A stretch of DNA of 64,000 nucleotides, from the IMG/VR virus record IMGVR_UViG_3300044723_003200. One strand, 5' to 3'. Below are positions 54,266-62,000 of this stretch, one piece after another; position 1 is the first letter of the stretch, and each line of letters begins with the position of its first letter. The notes beneath the pieces were generated by a model. That model was not told the origin of the DNA. It was given only the letters and a program-made list of their open reading frames with translations, and did no database searches. The translations under genes and the position numbers were made by a program. The stretch comes from an uncultured virus (IMG/VR IMGVR_UViG_3300044723_003200) (Duplodnaviria > Heunggongvirae > Uroviricota > Caudoviricetes).

Positions 54266-56671
54266 ATGGGATCTACTACACTAAAACTTGAAGGTACTAA
54301 TGGTGACCTCAAGGAGATTACAACCACAGAAGAGAACTATCTCGCGTATCAAGCGGGATTGCATCTCTCTGTCTTGGACTCTAGTGATGTCGGTACGATC
54401 ACTCAGGTCAGCACCAATAATGCCCTAGTTGGCCAGTTCGTCAACACCGCATTCGATGACGGTGTTGGTACTCACGAGTTCGCAGGTGGTAATGTGCCTG
54501 TCGTACAGACAACAACCTCTTTGTATCAAAGAGAGGGTGTCACTGACTTTGCGGGTGACTCTGCTGCATTCCGATATCCTATTGAGTTTGTGGACAATGG
54601 TGGAACACCAGAAATACACGAACTAGATTCTTCTGAGACTGATACTCTAAGTGATCGACTCATTGGTCGTATTGCAACATCTGAATATCCGGGCACATAT
54701 CGATTAGGATCGTCTTCGCCTGGCGGTACATATTCTGTATACAAGTCAAATGTCTTTGAGGATACTCTTGAGACCGGAGTATCGGGCACATCATATAATA
54801 TATACGTAAAATCATCGATGACAGCTCCCACAACGATCAGGCCAGTAGCGGTCAAACGATCTAGTGGATTGACCGGAACCTTCCAAGGTCTCCAAGAGAT
54901 GTCCGATGCCGAGATTCGTTACAGTTTTGGATCTCGTGTACAAACACGTATGATGAATGGTAGTGCTGGTGTCGGAACATATCAGTTGCGTACCAACATC
55001 CAAGGCGCCCCTACTGATGCGGGGACTTGGTCAGCACGAGGGACTGCTACCGATACTCGGCGCAATCTGGTAAACACTGACTACTCCGCCACATATACTC
55101 GAACTCGTGTAACAGACTCGACCAGAACTTCGTTAACGGACTTCTCAAGAGATGTTGATTATGTAGGTAACTACAGTCGTGACTTTGCTGGTAACTTCAT
55201 CGGTGACTTTACCGGAGATTTTACTGGTAACTTTATAGGTGACTTTACTGGAGATTATTCAAGAAGTTTTCTGGGTGACTATACTGGTAACTACTCACGA
55301 AACTTTGTCGGTGACTACGTGGGGGACTACTCAAGAAGTTTCCTTGGAAACTATGTCGGCAACTATGCACGTGCATTCTCTGCGGTATACTCAAGAACAC
55401 GAGTAACTACCTATACCGGAGATTTCATCGGTAACTATGTCGGCAACTATGCTCGCAACTTCTCGGCTGCATATACCAGAGATAGGGTCACCACCTTTAC
55501 TGGAGACTTCCTTGGCGACTATACTGGTAACTACGCCAGAGCCTTTTCTGCGAACTACCAAAGAACTCGTGCAACAGATTACACAGGTAACTTTTTAGGT
55601 GATTATACTGGTAACTATGCTCGTGCATTCGCTGCGAACTACCAACGCACCCGAGCCACAAACTACCAGAGAACTTCAACAAGGGATCGTCAGACAAACT
55701 ACGCACGTGCCTTTACTCGTTTGCGGATTGCAATATCCAACAGGCAGTATACTCGTTTACGTATTGCAATATCCAACAGGCAGTATACTCGTTTACGTAT
55801 TGCGATATCCACTAGAATCTCAACCCGAAATTCTATTAACGTCTACTCCTATATTGGTAACTTCACGGGCAACTTCACGGGTAACTATACTGGTGACTAT
55901 TTAAGAAACTTCACAGGTAACTTTGAAGGTAACTACTTAAGAAACTTCACGGGTAACTATACTGGTAACTATGCACGTAACTACCTTGGAAACTTTATCG
56001 GAAACTTTATCGGTGACTATACAGGTAACTTCCTAGGCGATTACACTGGTAACTATGCTCGTAACTTCAGCGCAAACTATCAAAGGACTCGGGCCACAGT
56101 CTTTACGGGCAACTTCCTTGGCGATTATACAGGCAACTATGCACGTAACTTCAGCGCAAACTACCAACGCACACGTGTAACCAATTTTGATGGTAACTTT
56201 ATTGGAGACTATACCGGAAACTACGCTCGTAACTTTAGTGCTGATTACACTCGTAACCGTCTCACCGATTTTGCTGGCGACTTTGCGGGGGATTACACAG
56301 GCAACTATTCTCGTGACTTTAGTGCTGATTATCAAAGGACGAGGAACTCAGCATATAGCGCAAACTATCAGAGAACACGAACCTCTATATACAGTGCGAA
56401 CTATCAGAGGACACGTATAAGTACTTATACCAGAACATCTACACGGGACTCTCTTAACAACTTTACCCGTATATCGACCCGTGATAATATTGTGGTTCGT
56501 TCAAGTGCTTACAGTAGGACGAGGGTTAGCCTTACCACATTTACCGGAGACTTTGTGGGTAACTTTGTTGGTGATTTTGTCGGTAACTACCTTGGAAACT
56601 ATGTTGGCACAACGATTGACTCAGGAACGTCAACTATAACAACCTTTACATTATATCAAAGGACAGCCTAA
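54266..56671 (+). CDS. Tetrad-repeat fibre protein B
   Basis: Paralog of previous gene (EENYLAYQAGL, YPG.Y.L, QGLQ.MSDA, GTATDTR, TLY.RTA); repeats at 55082-56611. Confidence 0.75.
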   Translation: MGSTTLKLEGTNGDLKEITTTEENYLAYQAGLHLSVLDSSDVGTITQVSTNNALVGQFVNTAFDDGVGTHEFAGGNVPVVQTTTSLYQREGVTDFAGDSAAFRYPIEFVDNGGTPEIHELDSSETDTLSDRLIGRIATSEYPGTYRLGSSSPGGTYSVYKSNVFEDTLETGVSGTSYNIYVKSSMTAPTTIRPVAVKRSSGLTGTFQGLQEMSDAEIRYSFGSRVQTRMMNGSAGVGTYQLRTNIQGAPTDAGTWSARGTATDTRRNLVNTDYSATYTRTRVTDSTRTSLTDFSRDVDYVGNYSRDFAGNFIGDFTGDFTGNFIGDFTGDYSRSFLGDYTGNYSRNFVGDYVGDYSRSFLGNYVGNYARAFSAVYSRTRVTTYTGDFIGNYVGNYARNFSAAYTRDRVTTFTGDFLGDYTGNYARAFSANYQRTRATDYTGNFLGDYTGNYARAFAANYQRTRATNYQRTSTRDRQTNYARAFTRLRIAISNRQYTRLRIAISNRQYTRLRIAISTRISTRNSINVYSYIGNFTGNFTGNYTGDYLRNFTGNFEGNYLRNFTGNYTGNYARNYLGNFIGNFIGDYTGNFLGDYTGNYARNFSANYQRTRATVFTGNFLGDYTGNYARNFSANYQRTRVTNFDGNFIGDYTGNYARNFSADYTRNRLTDFAGDFAGDYTGNYSRDFSADYQRTRNSAYSANYQRTRTSIYSANYQRTRISTYTRTSTRDSLNNFTRISTRDNIVVRSSAYSRTRVSLTTFTGDFVGNFVGDFVGNYLGNYVGTTIDSGTSTITTFTLYQRTA
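55715..55810. repeat. 36-bp tandem repeat (about 2.7 copies) encoding TRLRIAISNRQY
   Basis: ACTCGTTTACGTATTGCAATATCCAACAGGCAGTAT near-exact copies. Confidence 0.9.
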
Positions 56672-56711
56672 ACTTTGATATACATATTTGTGAATGTCGA
56701 TGGAGAATATA

Positions 56712-57164
56712 ATGGCAGACAGAAAATGGTTAGATAATGCTTTTTGGGAGACTCCTCAAAAAGAACTCTTGAATGCTATCAGTGAGACCACTGAGAACAA
56801 TCGCGAGGTTCGTCAAGTACACAAGATCCCCAAGACCAACGAAGACGGCACCGAGAACGAAATGTTCAAAGAAGTGCTTGAGTATCTTGGTGAGGATGTG
56901 ATTGATGCGTCCAGCAAGAAACGCCTGGAAAAAAAGCAGGCCGAAGCTGAGATGGAGAAGGAGAAACAACTCGAACAAGAACGAGCACGTAAACTCGAAA
57001 AACTGTTTGAGTACAAACTGGAAACCTTTGAAGTCCCAGAAATCAAGGAATCCAAGAATCGTCTGTTGAAGTCTAAACTCAGGCGTTCTAAGTCTATTCC
57101 TGAAGTCAACCTATACGCCATGCTGATCGTGAAGGACACTATTGATAATGCAGAATCAGAGTAA
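56712..57164 (+). CDS. Hypothetical charged helical protein (possible fibre chaperone)
   Basis: GGAG RBS; LF..KL..FE..EIK.S.N...K..LR.SK motif. Confidence 0.6.
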   Translation: MADRKWLDNAFWETPQKELLNAISETTENNREVRQVHKIPKTNEDGTENEMFKEVLEYLGEDVIDASSKKRLEKKQAEAEMEKEKQLEQERARKLEKLFEYKLETFEVPEIKESKNRLLKSKLRRSKSIPEVNLYAMLIVKDTIDNAESE

Positions 57165-57894
57165 AGGATTCGTAATTGTTGCATCTAACAATGTAAACTT
57201 TTACGTCTACGCAGTCAACCTCATTGAGTCCATCAAGGACTGGTATCCTGAAGCACAAATCACTCTTGTAACCGAAGAGCGTTTCATCGATGAACGTGCG
57301 GATGAGGCTGATAACATCATCTTCTGTGATAACCATTATAGGGCTAAACTCTGGGGTATGGCGCAATCTCCATATGATATCACGATGTATGTTGACGCTG
57401 ACATGGACTGTGAGCACGAAGATATTGCAAAGGTCTGGGATGAGATGAAAGACTATGATATGGTCTTTCATGAGTTGACTGAAGAGCGTGAAAAGTTCTA
57501 TGCTATCCGAGAGTTTCGATACAAGGGTAGGATGGAAAAATATACTCTGTGTGGTGGCGTTTGTTTATATCGTAGTAGTAATCCTCTGGTCATGGAATTC
57601 ATGCGAGAGTGGTTTGAACTGTTCAACAAACAAATGAACAACATATGGGAACCAGAGGGGTTTGACAAAAAGCAGTGGAACAATGATCTGAAACACTTCG
57701 ATCAGACAACGCTGTGGTGGCTGACTGAAAAGGTAGATAAATATAAAGATCTCAAGATTGGTATCTTTGAGGATGACATTCGATGGAATTACTTTACTCA
57801 ATATCAATACGAGAATCTACACTCTAAAGAAGGCAAACCACCAATCCTGAGACACTACTCTGGATCACTGCATAAGGATCGACTCTTGGTATGA
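57148..57894 (+). CDS. GT-A fold glycosyltransferase
   Basis: GFVIVAS, RAKL.....SPYD.T.YVDAD, GGV..Y, DQ..LW, RWN, I.HY. Confidence 0.78.
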   Translation: MQNQSKGFVIVASNNVNFYVYAVNLIESIKDWYPEAQITLVTEERFIDERADEADNIIFCDNHYRAKLWGMAQSPYDITMYVDADMDCEHEDIAKVWDEMKDYDMVFHELTEEREKFYAIREFRYKGRMEKYTLCGGVCLYRSSNPLVMEFMREWFELFNKQMNNIWEPEGFDKKQWNNDLKHFDQTTLWWLTEKVDKYKDLKIGIFEDDIRWNYFTQYQYENLHSKEGKPPILRHYSGSLHKDRLLV

Positions 57895-58565
57895 AAGATG
57901 TTCCGATTGAAAATAAAGATGTTCTGGTTGCACTGGACAACTTTCTTTGGTATTATGAAAACAAGGATATCGTAGCAAAGACTCTGAGACTGCATGGCGA
58001 ACCTGATAAACGGGAACACTACATATCTGCGAAATATCGGGACTCTGTCATTGCAGAAGATGAACGTCATGAGGGATTCCCCGAAGATTGCTATGCGTAT
58101 GCTTTGAAGTCAGATAGGTTGCACTTTGATGATGAACACAATACATCACCATTAGCAGCCAGTTTCTACTCACGGTACAGTCAGTACAATGAAGAATTGT
58201 GCACCCTGTTATCAACACGTAACAATGCACTGACGCAACTATACCCGCCAGGCGGATACATCTCTTGGCACAACAATGCGAATGCCTCTGCCTACAACAT
58301 CATTTTCTCATGGTCTGAGACCGGAGAAGGAAACTTTCGATATGTTGATGGACATACCGGCAGAGAAGTCGTGATGCAGGATAAGAAAGGGTGGCAGTGC
58401 AAAGCAGGATATTTCGGAGCCTATGGGGAACCTTGGTACAATAGAGTCTATCATGCTGCGGAAACTGACTGTTGGAGGATCACTGTGTCCTACATGTTTG
58501 ATCGTAGTGACATGGCCTCTGGTCTCCAAGAGGACATTATAGAGGAAATAATGTCCGATTTCTAG
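57891..58565 (+). CDS. Putative 2OG-Fe(II)/cupin-fold oxygenase
   Basis: YPPGGYISWHNN, YHAA, RITVS resemble the Hx(D/N)...H...RxS arrangement of a double-stranded beta-helix. Confidence 0.6.
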   Translation: MKDVPIENKDVLVALDNFLWYYENKDIVAKTLRLHGEPDKREHYISAKYRDSVIAEDERHEGFPEDCYAYALKSDRLHFDDEHNTSPLAASFYSRYSQYNEELCTLLSTRNNALTQLYPPGGYISWHNNANASAYNIIFSWSETGEGNFRYVDGHTGREVVMQDKKGWQCKAGYFGAYGEPWYNRVYHAAETDCWRITVSYMFDRSDMASGLQEDIIEEIMSDF

Positions 58566-58586
58566 TTCGTTCAACGACCCAATCCT

Positions 58587-58594
58587 TATAAATA
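58587..58594 (+). promoter_or_regulatory. T4-type late promoter
   Basis: Intergenic TATAAATA. Confidence 0.75.
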
Positions 58595-58633
58595 AACAAA
58601 GAAAATAAATGTTTTTTATACGGGTTATAATCG

Positions 58634-58999
58634 ATGCTACCGAACTACGAAGACATCACCATTCAGCAAGGCACAGATGTAGCAATAGAAGTACATCTGG
58701 TCACTGATAGTGACGGAGCGTTCAATCTGACCAACAGGTCAGTCGCTGCGAAGATGAAAAGAAACTACGCTGACTCTGCTGATGATCCTGATACAGTAGC
58801 CTTCAATGCAATTGTAGCTACCCCTCCCAGTGATGGTATCGTCACACTCTCTTTAACCAACACCCAAACTGATGCCTTAAAAACCCGTGGGCGATATGTA
58901 TATGATGTAGAGATATCTTATACTGACAGTGATGAAAATACTATCATTCAACGAGTCCTTGAAGGACAGATTGAAGTTTCACCGTCTGTCACGAAATAA
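58634..58999 (+). CDS. Virion structural protein (Ig-like/BppU-like adaptor)
   Basis: I.QG.D, LT......KM, G.V.LSLT..QT..L..GRYVYDVE, R.LEG...V.P.VT. Confidence 0.75.
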   Translation: MLPNYEDITIQQGTDVAIEVHLVTDSDGAFNLTNRSVAAKMKRNYADSADDPDTVAFNAIVATPPSDGIVTLSLTNTQTDALKTRGRYVYDVEISYTDSDENTIIQRVLEGQIEVSPSVTK

Positions 59000-59011
59000 A
59001 GGAAAGACCTA

Positions 59012-62000
59012 ATGGCTGAGAAGATCATTGTAAAGAAGGTAGTAGTCGGAACACCCATAAAACGGGTAACGGCAGGTGCTTTTGCTATCTCAAACTTGGG
59101 TGGTGTTGATGTAACTGCTACGGAATCCGATGGTTCTATTCTTGCTTACAATCAAGTAAGCGGAAAATACGAGGTAACTAATCTCCGCACTGATGCAAAT
59201 ATCACTGCCGAGTTTGACAGCGAACAAAATAAATATACTTTCGGCTTGACAAATACTTCTTTTACTGGTAGTATTATCCCTGATAGCAACGAAGCATACG
59301 ACCTTGGTAGTTCATCCAACAAATGGCGTGACCTCTATCTCAGTGGAGATACAATCGTCCTTGGATCAATATCCTTAAAAGACAGTGGTGGTCAATTAGT
59401 CTTTGTTGACAGTGATGGAAACAAGACAGGTCTTGGTCTAAGCCTCATAACCAACAACACCAGTATTCTATCTCTGGATAGTGACACGGGTGTATTTACA
59501 TTCAACGACTCTGACATTGCACGAACAGATGTCAACGAAGTATTTCACGCTGGCCTGACAGTCAACGGCGGCGCAACTGTCGATAGTGCGACCATCACAA
59601 CTCTCGCCAACACAACTTTAATTGGTAGTCAAGCCACTCTTGATAGTGCCAATATCGGTACGCTTCGGGTTACAGGTAATACTGTGCTTGATGGCAATCT
59701 GACTATCAGTGGTACTCAGACGATAATCAATACTGAGACTATCAATCTAGCCGACAACACGATCATTCTCAACTCTAATGCAACCGGCACTCCCACAGAA
59801 GATGCCGGTATTGAGATTGAACGGGGTGACCTCGCAAATGTATCCATTCTATGGGATGAGGGGGAGAAACACTGGACACTAGGCAGCGAAAATTTAGTAA
59901 CAACTGGTAAACTTCTCTTCGGTAATGTTTATGATTCAGAGGGGGCTCTTCCGTCCGCATCTGTCTATCATGGTATGTACGCACATGTGCACGCTACTGG
60001 TCGTGGATACTTTGCCCATGCGGGTGACTGGCACAAACTGATTGATTCGGACACCACAACAAGACAACAGGTCTATACTCTGTCCTCTGAAGTCGCTGAC
60101 ATCACCGATGGTACAATCACTACTCTTTATAACAGTAACTTATCTGGTGGTCAGGCCACGTTTGATAGTGCACACTCTACGAATCTTACGGCAGCCACGG
60201 CTACCCTAGACTCTGCAACGGCAACTAATCTTGCAAGTACTACACTTACGGGTGGCACTGCCACATTTGACTCCGCGACAGTAACAAACCTAGCAACAAC
60301 CGAACTGACTGGATCTCAAGCAACCTTTGACTCTGCGACAGTAACAAACCTAGCAACAACCGAACTGACTGGATCTCAAGCAACCTTTGACTCTGCGACG
60401 ATCACAAACATCAGATTCGACAATATTGATGCACAGACAACGGCAACGATTAGAAACATATTCAGTGCTTCGGGTGATCTGTCATATGATAGTGCAACTG
60501 GTCAGTTCTCCTTTGATGTTGAAACAGTATACACTAAGGCTAACTTCGATAGTGATTTGGGTGATGCGAATACAGGACAACTACCTGAAGGCACCAACTT
60601 ATATTATACTACCGCACGAGCAGACAGTGACTTCGATGTTAGACTTGCAACAAAAACAACATCGGATGTTGCAGAGGGCACAAATCTCTACTACACTCAG
60701 GTAAGGTTCGACTCTGCGTTTGGTGATAAGACCACTACGGACTTGACCGAAGGTACGAACCTTTACTATACCACTGCACGATTCGATGCTGCACTTGCTA
60801 CTAAAACAACAGCGGATGTTGCCGAACATAATAGTAATCTTTACTATACTACTGCACGAGCAGATAGTGACGCAAAGGCATCATTACTTGTAAACGATAC
60901 GGGTGGTGATGGGTCTCTGACCTATGACAGTGCTACAGGTGTCTTTACCTATACTGGGCCCAGTGCGGCAGAGGTAAGGGCACATTTGAGTGCTAGTGGA
61001 GATTTATCCTACAATAGTTCTACTGGTGTATTCAGTGTTGATATAGAGGATGTCTATACTCAGGCAAACTTTGATAGTGACTTCCTGAAGAGACTAGAAT
61101 CACAGATTGATAGTGCGGGTATTACCACATTAACGAATACTAATGCAACTATCACAAGCCTGACCGGAAGTCAAGCAACTTTTGACTCTGCAAACATTAC
61201 CTCTCTAGGTGCAGTAGCAGGTGTTGATGCGACAACCACATCAACAATCCGTGGATTGTTCAGTTCATCCGGTGACTTAACCTATAACAGTGGAACAGGT
61301 CAGTTCTCCTTTGATGTAGAAGATGTCTACACCAAGGCAAACTTTGACTCTGATCTGGGAGATGCCAACACAGGGCAACTACCTGAAGGGAGTAATCTCT
61401 ACTATACGGACGCAAGAGCAAGAAATGCAATCGGTCTGTCTGATGTTGGTGGGGATGGTTCACTTACATACGATTCGGCAACGGGTAGATTTACCTACAC
61501 CGGCCCGAGTGCTGCGGAAGTAAGAGCACACTTAACTGCAAACAAAGGACTCTCTGTATCTAATGGAGAGTTCAATATTGACTCAGCAAATGTCAGAGGG
61601 ATGTTCTCTGCAAGTGGAAGTCTAAGTTATAACTCATCTACAGGTGCTTTCTCCTATACGGATTCAGATAGAACGGCATCTCAGATAAAGGGATTATTCT
61701 CTGCGACTGATGCTGGTGGTGATGGAAGTTTCTCATATAGTGATGGGGTCTTTACTTACACAGGGCCTTCTGCTTCAGAAGCAAGAGCGCATTTCTCTGG
61801 TGGAACTGGCGTCACAATCACTGATGGTTCGATTGCGATTGGTCAGTCTGTTGGAACGACAGACAATGTAACCTTCGCACAAACCACCATGGATTCAGCC
61901 ATTGTTGATGGTGTTAACTTTAATGTTCTAACATCAAGACATACAAATGCTGCTGGAACATTGTATTTTGACTCTGATCATCAAAAGGGTCTATCACTTG

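Noticed and set aside
53052..56611. Repeats as a CRISPR array or a diversity-generating retroelement TR/VR pair
   Set aside because: Repeats are in-frame and synonymous-diverged, with no spacer structure, no adenine-specific pair noticed and no reverse transcriptase in the window.
55082..56611. DNA-level inverted repeat explaining the arm symmetry
   Set aside because: The arms do not read as nucleotide reverse complements; the symmetry is at the amino-acid level.
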